Assembly: GCA_963760795.1 (NCBI GenBank)
Contig: CAVXEP010000012.1
Coordinates: 382,185 to 446,184 of the forward strand
DNA length: 64,000 bases
DNA from: an uncultured delta proteobacterium
GTDB taxonomy: Bacteria > Desulfobacterota > Binatia > UBA9968
Direction: 5' to 3'
Numbering within the stretch: position 1 is the stretch's first letter; every line of letters begins with the position of its first letter. Below are positions 9,702 through 19,455 of this stretch, in pieces. The position numbers were made by a program, and so were the translations under genes. The notes below the pieces were generated by a model that worked only from the letters and a program-made list of their open reading frames with translations, was not told where the DNA came from and searched no databases.

Positions 9702-9905
9702 ACTTTTCAGCGCACCGCGCTTTAGATACTGGCCGTCGCCGCGAACGAAAAGAGCAACGGGAATGCGCTAATGCCGTTGAGCCTGTCCATGAAATATCCT
9801 CTGCCGCAACGCAGGCGGCGCCACTTAGTGGACCGGCTATTCATCTTGCTCTGACGCCGGAACAAAACGGCAGGACGAAAGGAATTGAAGAGGAGATCGC
9901 CAGAC

Positions 9906-10153
9906 ATGAGCAACGCAAGAACATGGTTTCCCATACTTGATCATCGGGGCTACACTGGGCGCCCCATGCGGGGAAAGAGACGCGCGCCGAACTTCGCCGC
10001 GGCGCGGATGAGGGGTTGAATATTTTAACCAAAGAAGCAGAGAAAGTCCGCGCCGGCGCCGGCCGTTGGTTCGCCAGAGTAGAAGAACATTTTGGCGGAG
10101 ATAAAACGCGACGCGGTGGTGGCCTTCACGAACCGGAAGGTCGACAAGAATGA
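9906..10153 (+). pseudogene. YtxH-like stress protein, disrupted
   Basis: GAAGGAG RBS and ATG; pieces in different frames: GFPYLIIGATLGA and APHAGKETRAELRRGADEG...; the usual A.GLL segment between them is missing. Confidence 0.6.
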
Positions 10154-10385
10154 ACCACGAATCAGCCGCGGCGCAATGCCACGCGGGAATCCGGCTTTCA
10201 AGCGTGCGTTTGGACGGTACCCATGTTACAGGCGATCAACTTTCTTATCTTGATAATTTGGTTTGCAGGCTCCGTTACCGGAAACACAATCGGAGGATTG
10301 CTTCACCTACTCCTACTGCTGGCGTTGATCGTTCTATACATCCAGTATCTCGAAAAACATAAATCGTCATGAAATGTGGCAGGGG

Positions 10386-10610
10386 ATGAAAATGAAACCA
10401 ATTATGCTCGCCGGTATCGGCTTGATTCTACTTGGCATTGTCGGTCTTTCCTATAATCAAATCACCTATACCAGCAAAGAAAAGATCCTCGATATCGGTC
10501 CGATCCAAGCTACCGCCGAAAAGGAAAAATCGATTCCACTGCCGCCTTTGTTAGGTGGACTGGTTTTAGTCTTCGGCATCGGCCTAGTCGCGGTGGGTTA
10601 CAAGAAATAG
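10386..10610 (+). CDS. DUF3185-like small membrane protein
   Basis: GLILLGIVGL....TYTSKEKILDIGPIQATAEKEKSIPLPPLLGGLVLV. Confidence 0.8.
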   Translation: MKMKPIMLAGIGLILLGIVGLSYNQITYTSKEKILDIGPIQATAEKEKSIPLPPLLGGLVLVFGIGLVAVGYKK

Positions 10611-10658
10611 GCAGGACAGGGCCAATCCAAAATCCCATTAAGGTTAAAGGATCAGGTT

Positions 10659-11279
10659 ATGTACAAAGCCAAACAATTCAATCTAAGCGGCTTGAAAGGA
10701 ATATCCGATCAGACACTGGAGATGCATTTCAAGCTTTACGAAGGTTACGTCAAAGAGACCAACCGCCTTCAAGAAAAGATCTCCCAAATCCTCAAGGATG
10801 GCAATGTCGATCAAGAGGAAATGCCCGCCTATTCGGAACTCAAACGGCGCCTGGGTTTTGAATACAACGGTATGGTGCTGCACGAGTACTATTTCGGTAA
10901 TTTGAAGAAAGGCGGCTCCGGAGAAGCGGAATCACAATCTTCGTTTGTCAAAGCCGCGACTATCAGTTTCGGTAGCCGTGACATTTGGCAAGCGGACTTT
11001 ACCAGCATCGGCAAGATGCGCGGCGTCGGATGGGCGATTTGTTATCAAGATCCGACCACGGGTGAGTTGTCGAATCATTGGATCTCACTGCACGAGATTG
11101 GCAACGTCGCCGGCTACAATCCCGTGCTCGTGATGGATGTTTGGGAACACGCTTTTCTTCTCGATTATAAACCAATCGACCGGGCGAAATATATCGAAGC
11201 GTTTTTCGAAAATATCGATTGGACTGCAGTTGGCCAACGACTGCTAAGACCGGCTATTCGAAAATCTCGCGCAGCCTAA
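10659..11279 (+). CDS. Fe/Mn superoxide dismutase family protein (ChrC-like branch)
   Basis: EMHFKLYEGYV, NGMVLHEYYF.NL, GVGW, MDVWEHAFLLDY. Confidence 0.9.
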   Translation: MYKAKQFNLSGLKGISDQTLEMHFKLYEGYVKETNRLQEKISQILKDGNVDQEEMPAYSELKRRLGFEYNGMVLHEYYFGNLKKGGSGEAESQSSFVKAATISFGSRDIWQADFTSIGKMRGVGWAICYQDPTTGELSNHWISLHEIGNVAGYNPVLVMDVWEHAFLLDYKPIDRAKYIEAFFENIDWTAVGQRLLRPAIRKSRAA

Positions 11280-11509
11280 CCGCCGTTCTTGGAGCCAAGT
11301 CGGGAATTCTAGGAGCAAGTCGTCATCTGCCCTGGCAGCGACGCTCCAATCAGGGATAAGGCGGATCACGCTTGAGTGCTACCGACGGCGGTTTTTAGTC
11401 CATACTTGATTGCTCCGACACGATCGAAACTATTGAAGGTCTCAAGAACTTGTTCAATACCGTGAGCCAGGGGAAAATGGCTAACCCGAAAGGGGAACTA
11501 CTCCCTGGC

Positions 11510-11807
11510 GCGGTGCGAGTCGGCGGCTCGACAGTAGTTACCGAGCTTGCGCGTCACCAACACTCGAGCAGCCACTATCTGGCCGCCAGAGATTCACAGC
11601 CGGCCACGATGGTAACCCGCATGCGAAGTGTCAAATGGTTAGTAACCGACGGTCCTTTCGCGGAGACGCACGAACTGTTGGGAGGCTAATTCCCGGTCGG
11701 GAAGAAGTACATCGACGCGGCCATCGGTATCGCGGCGCGGATTCCCATAGCGCGCAATAGACTGTCGAAGTTCGTCCGGTCACGACACAAGCATCATTGA
11801 CTCTGTG
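11510..11807 (+). pseudogene. YciI/DGPF-family protein, decayed
   Basis: VTDGPFAETHELLGG followed by TAA where Tyr is expected; continues DAAIGIAARIP..., frameshift, TVEVRPV. Confidence 0.75.
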
Positions 11808-11894
11808 ACGAGCTGTCCCGTGAATCGCTAGCCGCGCCACTTCCAGGCGGCAGTTGCGGTGGGTGCAGCTTGAGCGGTGCTGGAGGAAGCAGCG

Positions 11895-12000
11895 CAACCC
11901 TCGTCACGGCGTATTCTAGAGTATTCGCCAATTCGCGCACATTGCCCGGCCAGTCATGCTGCATTAGTTTCTGCATCGCTTCAGGCGATGCCCGCTTCAC
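11895..12000 (-). pseudogene. Fragment of a sigma-54 enhancer-binding protein AAA+ lid region
   Basis: [28 protein letters not shown]; no GAFTGA or Walker motifs nearby. Confidence 0.7.
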
Positions 12001-12158
12001 GGCCGATATACATTTAGTTTACTGCGAGATTCATCGAACCATCCCCCCAGGCCTTCGACTGGTTTCACACCGAAAGCCTTTTTATAAAATTCAGCTAAAT
12101 TTTTTAGGTCGGCGCTGGCGATTGCGATATGTTTAGTTCATTATCCGGCGAATGACAT

Positions 12159-12611
12159 CTATATTTGGTGATCACCCCCACTGCTGGGCAAGATTATACT
12201 ACAGCGAGCAGTGAGAATGACGTGATCGTCCTGGTTCTTCCCTGCCAAATTGCACGCGATCCACGGATCGTTTGGAGTTGATGACTTTTCCGCGACCGTG
12301 CCGGAGTAAATGATCAGATCGCCTTCGAAAGTCGGATAAGACTGGCGCACCGCCAGTTTGCGCAAAACTCCGCGTGAACCGATCCAATCCGTAATGGTGC
12401 GAACGAGCAAAGCCTCGCGATACCCGCCGCTGGCAATAAACGTTTTGAAACCGTTCCGTTCCCGGACGAAATCTCGATCCCAGTGAAGCCGATACCAGTT
12501 TTCCTGAAATCCGGCCCACTCCACCGTGTCGACGATGGTCAAAGGGCCAAAGACGCGCTTCGGAATAGGCTGTCCCACGTCGACGTCTTCGAAGCAATGC
12601 TGTTCAATCAT
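12159..12611 (-). CDS. MaoC-like (hot-dog) dehydratase subunit
   Basis: FEDVDVGQ.IP, LHWDRDFVR..GF, P.FEGD.I..SGTV.EK. Confidence 0.85.
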   Translation of the reverse strand: MIEQHCFEDVDVGQPIPKRVFGPLTIVDTVEWAGFQENWYRLHWDRDFVRERNGFKTFIASGGYREALLVRTITDWIGSRGVLRKLAVRQSYPTFEGDLIIYSGTVAEKSSTPNDPWIACNLAGKNQDDHVILTARCSIILPSSGGDHQI

Positions 12612-12629
12612 GGCAATGGCATGGCCGTT

Positions 12630-13754
12630 TCAAAGAACGCCGCTCTCCATCAGGGCCTGTTGCTCCAAATCTGAATAACCGAGTCGCGACAGGATCTCCG
12701 CGGTGTGCTCCCCTAGCGACGGCGCCTGTTTCAATGGGAGCGCGCGGGTAGTTGAGATCGCGCCTCCGGGAAGTGTGATGGAGCCGAGCGCCGGGTCGTT
12801 AAATGTCGTCAAAAATCCTCGCTCCAGTAATTGAGGATCCTGCAGCAACTCTGCCGGAGTGACGACCGGGGAGGCGGCTATATTGCGAATTTGGGCCCCG
12901 GTGACGAGATGTTCTTTGAGCAACTGCTTCGACCATGCCTCCAACCGGTTGAGAATGAAGTCCCGCTTTCGATCGCGCCCGATATCCTCGTCCAGGGAGG
13001 GATCGTTAGTAAGCGCGGGATCGCCCACCCACTCCTTAATTTTGCTCCACGCCTGGGGATTGGGAGGAACGCTCACCATCCAGTAGCCGTCCGCGCATTC
13101 CAGTGCGCCTGAAACCGAGGTGATTTGGCCCCTTAAACCTCGGCGGCGCGTTACCACTCCTGAGGAAGTGTAGGCGACCACGGCTTGCTCCATCAACGAC
13201 TCCAACGTCTGCTGGGCCGAGACACGAACCACTTCCCCCCGTCCCGTCAACTGCTGAATGTAGATGGCGGCCGCAGCGGCGATGGCTACCTGGACCCCGG
13301 TGATCGCGTACGTGACATGGCCGCCTGCCAGGACCGGCCTCTGCGACGGCTGGCCGGTAATCGACATCAGTCCAGACCGCGCGTAGGCGCAGATCTCCGT
13401 CAGCTCATCTTCAAGCAGCGTCAGCACAAGCCGTGAATTTCTCCGCCGGAGAATTTCTTCTTCCACCGGCAACGGAGCGTTCGCAATCAAAGCGTCGGCT
13501 GTCTCGATCAATTTAAGAAAGACCGCACGACCGTCCGGCAATGTTAGGTCCAGCGTCAAGCTCTTTTTCCCCATGTTCAGAAACATGTGATAGGGCCCGT
13601 GATCGAGATCTAAATGATCACCAACGTGCGGACCGAGTCGCCTGAGCGCATCCCCTGCGCGCGGCTCGACCCTGATCACCTCGTGGCCTGCTTCAGCAAG
13701 AAGGCGTGCGCCGTATGAGGCGGAATGATTGGTAATATCAACGATGAGGGACAT
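12630..13754 (-). CDS. Family III CoA-transferase subunit lacking the catalytic Asp
   Basis: VIRVEPRAGD.LR, N.GKKSLTLDL, DPQLLERGF, APSLGEHT; GHVTYAITG at the usual Asp position. Confidence 0.88.
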   Translation of the reverse strand: MSLIVDITNHSASYGARLLAEAGHEVIRVEPRAGDALRRLGPHVGDHLDLDHGPYHMFLNMGKKSLTLDLTLPDGRAVFLKLIETADALIANAPLPVEEEILRRRNSRLVLTLLEDELTEICAYARSGLMSITGQPSQRPVLAGGHVTYAITGVQVAIAAAAAIYIQQLTGRGEVVRVSAQQTLESLMEQAVVAYTSSGVVTRRRGLRGQITSVSGALECADGYWMVSVPPNPQAWSKIKEWVGDPALTNDPSLDEDIGRDRKRDFILNRLEAWSKQLLKEHLVTGAQIRNIAASPVVTPAELLQDPQLLERGFLTTFNDPALGSITLPGGAISTTRALPLKQAPSLGEHTAEILSRLGYSDLEQQALMESGVL

Positions 13755-14307
13755 TCTGGCTCTCGCTATGAGTATCTTGACCGGAGGGCTTGCGCTTTTG
13801 CAGCTTCACACTGATCTGACGGACCCTGAGGACCAGGTCACCGTCATCTCTTTGAAGCTCCATCTCTCGCGTCACAAAAATCCCCACTCCATTGCGGATC
13901 TTGCGCGAGACAATGTCGACAATCCTGTGGGTAACAGCAAGCTGATCGCCGAGGTAGACCGGTTTGAGCCATTCGAACTCCGCCTGCGCGTTGCGCGATT
14001 CGGTATAGCCTTCGGGAAGGGGTAACGCTTGCCAAAGGCTGTCCGATTGTGTCCCCGTGGAACCTTCATTTCTTCGATACAGCTCGGCAATCATCGCGGG
14101 AGGGATGACTCGGCTCCGATACCCGGCGGAGCGCGCAAAATCGTCATCCAGCCACAGTGAGTTTCTGTCACCCGTCGCATTGATGTACCGGCGCAGGTCC
14201 GATGCCGAGATCCTCTCCGGCAGAGGGATGGGGCCAATGGTCCGGCCACACCAGGCCATAAGCTCGTCGGTCACCACATCGTTCGCTTCATTTTCCATGG
14301 GAAGCAC
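13738..14307 (-). CDS. MaoC/FAS1-like dehydratase N-terminal-type subunit
   Basis: ISASDLRRY..ATGD.N.LW.D..FAR..GY....PP, EFEW.KPV..GD.L. Confidence 0.85.
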   Translation of the reverse strand: MLPMENEANDVVTDELMAWCGRTIGPIPLPERISASDLRRYINATGDRNSLWLDDDFARSAGYRSRVIPPAMIAELYRRNEGSTGTQSDSLWQALPLPEGYTESRNAQAEFEWLKPVYLGDQLAVTHRIVDIVSRKIRNGVGIFVTREMELQRDDGDLVLRVRQISVKLQKRKPSGQDTHSESQNVPHR

Positions 14308-15528
14308 TTACTGGAGGGCGCCCTGGCTTGCCAATGCGGTGATTTCTTCATCCGAGATCCCGATCCACTGGCGCAGAATGTCGCGATTGTGCTCGCCTAG
14401 CAGCGGCGCTGGCTCGAAGCTCGCCAAAGGATGCTGGCCGAAGGCAAAAGGAACTCCGGCGAAAAGCCTCCCGGCTCCGGAAGGATAATTCATCGCCCGA
14501 AACACACTCGGGTTGCTGGAGGATTCTAAAACTTCATCAATGTGCCGCACGCGCTCTGCCGGAACGCCGGCAGCATGTAACAGTTTTTCCACCTCGCTAC
14601 TTTGCAATCGGCTCGTCCATTGCTCCAAACCAGCATCGATTTGGTCGTGAAACTGGCTTCGTCCGAGAAGGGTGCATAGCTTGGGATCCGTTGCCCATGA
14701 TGGATTGCCCAAAGCTCCGACCAACGCCTGCCACTGCTGGTCATCTTCAACCTTAATAACGCACCACTTGTCTTCGCCGGCGCAGCGGTAGCAGCCCTGT
14801 GGAGCGGCGGCGGTTGATCGATTGCCCGTTCGCAATGAACTTTCGTGGTTTAGCGAGGCCGCGCAAAGTAACGACCCAATGCTCGCCACGCTGCACTCAA
14901 ACTGGCTGAGGTCGAGGTAGGCGCCCGAACCTGAGTGACTCCGGTCCGTAAGCGCCTGCAGAATTCCAAAGCAGGCGTGTAATCCGCCGACGAAATCATT
15001 CCAGGAATTTGAGATGGCCAGCGGAGGGTCTCCCTCGTTCCCGGTCGCCATCATCAAGCCGGAATAAGCCTGGAGGTTCAAGTTCATACTTCTCCAGTCG
15101 CGACGCGGGCCTTTGTGTCCGTACCCAGACATGCTCACGTAGACGAGTCGCGGATTCTTGACTTTCAGTCGATCATGTCCCAGGCCTAACCTATCCATCA
15201 CTCCTGCGCTGAAGTTTTCTACCAGCACGTCCGCCGTTTCGGCGATCCTCTCGGCGAGCGCTTTTCCCAAATCGGTTTTGAGGTTTATCGTAAGCGAGCG
15301 TTTGTTGCGATTGATGTTGTGATAGGCAGGCGGCCTTTCATCGGAGTGATTAACGTTGGGATTAGACCTTGTTCCGCCGGCGAAATCTTTGCGCAGGCCC
15401 GTTTCGATTTTGACAACGTCCGCGCCGAGGTCCGCCAGAATCCGCGTGCAAAACGGAGCTGCCACAATGTGACCGAAGTCGAGCACCCGAATACCGCTCA
15501 ATGGCGGATTGTTTGCAGAACCTTCCAT
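14308..15528 (-). CDS. Family III (CaiB/BaiF) CoA-transferase
   Basis: PLSGIRVLDF.H.VAAP, NRNKRS, ENFSAGVMDRLGLG, WNDFVGG (Asp present), APLLGEHN. Confidence 0.92.
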   Translation of the reverse strand: MEGSANNPPLSGIRVLDFGHIVAAPFCTRILADLGADVVKIETGLRKDFAGGTRSNPNVNHSDERPPAYHNINRNKRSLTINLKTDLGKALAERIAETADVLVENFSAGVMDRLGLGHDRLKVKNPRLVYVSMSGYGHKGPRRDWRSMNLNLQAYSGLMMATGNEGDPPLAISNSWNDFVGGLHACFGILQALTDRSHSGSGAYLDLSQFECSVASIGSLLCAASLNHESSLRTGNRSTAAAPQGCYRCAGEDKWCVIKVEDDQQWQALVGALGNPSWATDPKLCTLLGRSQFHDQIDAGLEQWTSRLQSSEVEKLLHAAGVPAERVRHIDEVLESSSNPSVFRAMNYPSGAGRLFAGVPFAFGQHPLASFEPAPLLGEHNRDILRQWIGISDEEITALASQGALQ

Positions 15529-16586
15529 CAATTTCCCATAATTTTTTTCACCCGCTCTATGATGTCAGCGGGCTGGTTCATCACTTCCTGCGCCAGATTC
15601 TGTAGTTCCTCGCTGGAGACAAACTCAACATCCATCTTCACCCGCTGGGCTTCCGCTAAAAGCTCCACATCCTTGAGGGCCGCCGCGTAACCGTCACGCA
15701 ATAATTTAACTCGATCCGGAGGAGTTCCCGGCGCCAGAACAATCGGTTGCCCGAAATCGCTACCCGACAGGACCACGCGAACAACACGCCGGCTGGCATC
15801 GGATGTTTTGTACCGGTCCATGATTTCATAAATGGTCGGGGCGTCGGCTGCCCTGGGGTCGCGCTTTTGGCCGGTTTGCAGGATATGAAGATCGAAGCCA
15901 TTCTTATGCCAGCTATTGAAGGGCTCGCGGCCAAAGTGCGCGGGGAAAATCATTCCGCGACAGACCACTTCACCTTTCTCGACAGCCAAATCGATCTCGC
16001 TTCCCCCGGCGTACCCTAGCACTGTCTGGATTTTTACGCCGACGGCCTCCTGCAGGACCTTGGCTAGAATGTAGTCCGAGCTGACTACGCCCGATCCGCC
16101 GCATTTAGCGGGCTCCTTCGCCTTCAAGAGATCATCGACGTTCTTGTAAGGCGCGTCAGCCCTCATGTACAGGATCAAAGGATTTTTGACCGGCGAGCCG
16201 ATCCAGTGGAATTTTCGGATATCGTACTGAACTTCTTTTTGCCCCGACAATTGAGCAGAATAAATACCGGCGTGGGGCGCGCCCAGCGTCAGTCCGTCCG
16301 GTTTCGCAACGCCGTAAACATAATTCGCCGCTACTATCGAGCCGGCACCCGGCATGTTCTGAACAACGAACGTGGGATTCCCGGGGACATGCTTCCCCAT
16401 ATAGCGCGCGACCAGGCGCGGCCAGAGATCATAAAAGCCGCCCGCGCTCAAGCCGACGACGAAGCGCACCGTCTTTCCCTTATAATAAGGCTCCGGTTGA
16501 GCATTCGGTGTCGCTGCCGGAAGAAGGTCCGGTAAAAGCAACCGGAAAAGCAATACTACGGCCGCGATATTGAGCTGTTTTTCCAT
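15528..16586 (-). CDS. Bug/TctC-like tripartite tricarboxylate transporter binding protein
   Basis: YYKGKTV..VVG..AGG.YD...R, PGNP..VVQNMPGAGS..AANY.Y..AKPDGLT. Confidence 0.9.
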   Translation of the reverse strand: MEKQLNIAAVVLLFRLLLPDLLPAATPNAQPEPYYKGKTVRFVVGLSAGGFYDLWPRLVARYMGKHVPGNPTFVVQNMPGAGSIVAANYVYGVAKPDGLTLGAPHAGIYSAQLSGQKEVQYDIRKFHWIGSPVKNPLILYMRADAPYKNVDDLLKAKEPAKCGGSGVVSSDYILAKVLQEAVGVKIQTVLGYAGGSEIDLAVEKGEVVCRGMIFPAHFGREPFNSWHKNGFDLHILQTGQKRDPRAADAPTIYEIMDRYKTSDASRRVVRVVLSGSDFGQPIVLAPGTPPDRVKLLRDGYAAALKDVELLAEAQRVKMDVEFVSSEELQNLAQEVMNQPADIIERVKKIMGN

Positions 16587-16619
16587 AGGTGAGCCTTAAT
16601 ATTAGATTCGCCCTTACTC

Positions 16620-17660
16620 CTAACGCCCTTGGTAGAGTCGATCCATAAAGCCGCTTTCGTCCAGTTTTTGGCACAGACTCATGTCGAGAACATCATCTGC
16701 TCCTAGCTGCGCGGCCTTTGGGTTCATCCCGAACTGTGCCATGAGTCTAAGCACCAAAGCTGCTCCCTTGGGGGTAGGACATGGTTTACGGGGCAGCGCT
16801 TTCAGGAGACTCACATACGCCTCCTCTACCAATTCGGGCTTGTTCAACTTCAGATACCTGGCGAGCGTTCCTTCCACAGTTTTTCTGTTCGATGGGGTGT
16901 GAATGAATGCTACTGCTTCGATGAGCGCCTTTGTCATATTCTCAACGAGTTGGGGTTGGGATTGCTTCAACTTGCGGGACATAACCAAACCGGTGCTCTG
17001 AAATGGTAAATTTTCTTTGGCGGCGTCGAAAAGAATGGTGAAGCGTTCGTTGGCGACGACCTGAGCAAGCTCGGGTGGAAGACTGGTAGCTTCGACGCTC
17101 CCTGCGCGTAGTGCCGCCATGCGAGCGGGAACACTGCCGATCTGGAGGAGAGTAATATTGTCCCGCTTGGGATTGAGCCCGGCGTGGTCCAGCACCATGT
17201 ATGTCATCAAAACGGGGACGCCGGAAGGCGTCCCAATCGCCACTCTTTTGCCCTTGAGTTCTTCGACACTTTTGATCGAGGGTCGAGCGACGAATAAATA
17301 GTCCAAGGTGTTCAAGAACCCCAATACCATCGTCAGGTCTCCGCCAGCGGCAACCGCGTTGGCGACATTGTTGATGGCAAGCAAACCAAAAGGCACCTGG
17401 CCGGCTAGCATCGCCTGCGTCGCGGTCCCCGCTATGATAAAGACCAGATCTGTGTCCAAACCATATTTACTAAAAAAGCCCTGATCCTTGGCGATCCAAA
17501 TAGGGGTCACGGCGTTGCTGATCACGCCATAAGCAAGGCGCTGTTTAACCGGTGACTGCGCACCCCAAACCGATGAGCATGGGCTCGCCAAATAGAGGCA
17601 ACCCACCAAGACGAAAATTGCCGAGGACCTTAATGACGCCTTCGAAGCTTTAATTTTCAT
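16620..17660 (-). CDS. ABC substrate-binding protein, NMT1/SsuA-like
   Basis: Signal peptide; WIAKDQGFFSKYGLD, ELKGKRVAIG, ARMAALRAGSVEA. Confidence 0.85.
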   Translation of the reverse strand: MKIKASKASLRSSAIFVLVGCLYLASPCSSVWGAQSPVKQRLAYGVISNAVTPIWIAKDQGFFSKYGLDTDLVFIIAGTATQAMLAGQVPFGLLAINNVANAVAAGGDLTMVLGFLNTLDYLFVARPSIKSVEELKGKRVAIGTPSGVPVLMTYMVLDHAGLNPKRDNITLLQIGSVPARMAALRAGSVEATSLPPELAQVVANERFTILFDAAKENLPFQSTGLVMSRKLKQSQPQLVENMTKALIEAVAFIHTPSNRKTVEGTLARYLKLNKPELVEEAYVSLLKALPRKPCPTPKGAALVLRLMAQFGMNPKAAQLGADDVLDMSLCQKLDESGFMDRLYQGR

Positions 17661-17772
17661 TTTCCGCCGGTTTTAAATTTTTGTTGGCAGCCAAAGACTC
17701 GCAGTCGCTCGATGCCGATTAAATTACAACCAATCGGTCCCATGGATATAGCACCGATCGATCCCCAGCAGA

Positions 17773-18186
17773 TCAGGGTTTCCTTAACCTGAATTTATAA
17801 AGAGTCGTGTCGTCCGTCACATCCTCGAAGAATGCTTCTACGGGCATGTCGCAGCGAAGCTCTTCCACGGCGCAACCTTCGACATTGCTGATGAGACGGG
17901 GACCCTCGTCCAATTGCACCAGCGCCACTGCATAGGGGATCTGGGGTTCAAAACCTTTTTGATAGACACGGTGATAAACTCCGAATGAGTGGATCTTGCC
18001 CATGCCGCGCGAGGGTGTCCATTGCCACTCCAGGCTCAAGCATCCCGGGCAGGTCACGCTGGCCGGAAACCAATACCAACCGCAACGAAGACAGTGGGGC
18101 AGGAGCAATTGATGTTTCCTGCATCCGTCCCAAAAGGGCTTGGACTCAACTGCAGGCCTAGGCAACGGTTTTTTGTACTCGCTCAT
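17773..18186 (-). CDS. DUF35 Zn-ribbon/OB-fold protein
   Basis: PFWDG....L....CxxC....P...CPxC, PY..A.V.LDEGPRL.SN; 4-nt overlap with the thiolase-like gene. Confidence 0.92.
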   Translation of the reverse strand: MSEYKKPLPRPAVESKPFWDGCRKHQLLLPHCLRCGWYWFPASVTCPGCLSLEWQWTPSRGMGKIHSFGVYHRVYQKGFEPQIPYAVALVQLDEGPRLISNVEGCAVEELRCDMPVEAFFEDVTDDTTLYKFRLRKP

Positions 18187-19361
18187 GATGCCTCCCTCCC
18201 CAGGATGACCGCGGACTGGCAGACAGTATTACCGCCGTGCCCTGTCACCAGGGCGATCTTTGCATCCTTTACCTGGCGGTCGGGTCCATGCTCATGACGG
18301 ATTTGCCGAACGCCTTCGCAGAGCTGAAGCATGCCTTGCACATGGCCTTCGGACAGTTGACCGCCGGACGTATTGGTAGGTAAAGCGCCGTCGAACTCCA
18401 AAGCACCCGAAGCTGCGAAGGGCCCGCCTTCACCCTTTTTACAAAAGCCGTAGTCTTCGAGCTGCAAAAGCACCATGTGGGTGAAGCAGTCATACATCTG
18501 TGCCGTATCGACGTCTGCGGGGCCGACTCCGGCCATACGATACGCGGTCTCTCCTGCCTCTTTCGCGCCGGTCGTGATCATATTGTCGCCCGCGAACCAG
18601 CCCGTTAGCCGATTGCCGAAACCGAAACCCAGGACATATGCGGGTGGCTTTTTTAAGTCTCGGGCGCGTTCCGCCGAGGTCACGACGACCGCTCCAGCCG
18701 CATCGACGTAGACGCTGCAGTCATACAACCCGAGCGGATCGACAATCAGTTTTGCCTTCATGTACTGCTCGATCGTGAGCGGGTCACGGAGAAACGCGTT
18801 GGGGTTTTTTTGCGCGTGGTTGCGGAAAGCGATCGCGATCGCGCCGAGCTGTTCTTTTTTGGTGCCGAACAGTTGCATGTGACGCCGGGCGGCAATGGCG
18901 TAGTGTGCCGGTTGACCGAACAGACCGAATTCGGGTCCGAATTCTTTCAGGGCCTGGGCATCACTATTGGCGGCCACCAGCGCCCTAGCCTCGGCGCTGC
19001 GATGTGTGCGCGACCACGCATCTCTGGAGTATCCAACCACGACGGTATTGCACAAGCCGGCATCAATCGCCATGCAGGCCATTGCCACGCCGAGGACTTG
19101 ACTCGCTCCACCGTTGTCCGTGGAGGTACTAAAGGATGTGTTGATCCCCAGGGCCTGGCCGACTTGTTGATGATGCGTATACGCGTCGTCGGGCCCGTGC
19201 GAAATGAGACCATCCACGTCTGCTCTGGTCAAGCCGGCATCTTCAATCGCATTCTTCGCCGCAATGGCAAAAAGACCGATATCGCCGTGCTCGGGAACCT
19301 TCCCCAGCGGGCTCTGCCCAACCCCCACGATTGCGTACTTACCTTTAAGATTTTGGCTCAT
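18183..19361 (-). CDS. Thiolase-superfamily protein (SCP2/Ltp2/BbsB-like)
   Basis: AIVGVG, A.KNPNA, PL.LYDCS..VD.AGA, MYDCF, NTSGGQLSEGH. Confidence 0.9.
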   Translation of the reverse strand: MSQNLKGKYAIVGVGQSPLGKVPEHGDIGLFAIAAKNAIEDAGLTRADVDGLISHGPDDAYTHHQQVGQALGINTSFSTSTDNGGASQVLGVAMACMAIDAGLCNTVVVGYSRDAWSRTHRSAEARALVAANSDAQALKEFGPEFGLFGQPAHYAIAARRHMQLFGTKKEQLGAIAIAFRNHAQKNPNAFLRDPLTIEQYMKAKLIVDPLGLYDCSVYVDAAGAVVVTSAERARDLKKPPAYVLGFGFGNRLTGWFAGDNMITTGAKEAGETAYRMAGVGPADVDTAQMYDCFTHMVLLQLEDYGFCKKGEGGPFAASGALEFDGALPTNTSGGQLSEGHVQGMLQLCEGVRQIRHEHGPDRQVKDAKIALVTGHGGNTVCQSAVILGREAS

Positions 19362-19455
19362 ATTTTCTCTCCTGAGTGACGGGTCAATCGCACGACTGTT
19401 ATGAACTATTAATGAGTGAGATCGTGGCTCAGAAAAACCATTCGCCGGCTGTTAC

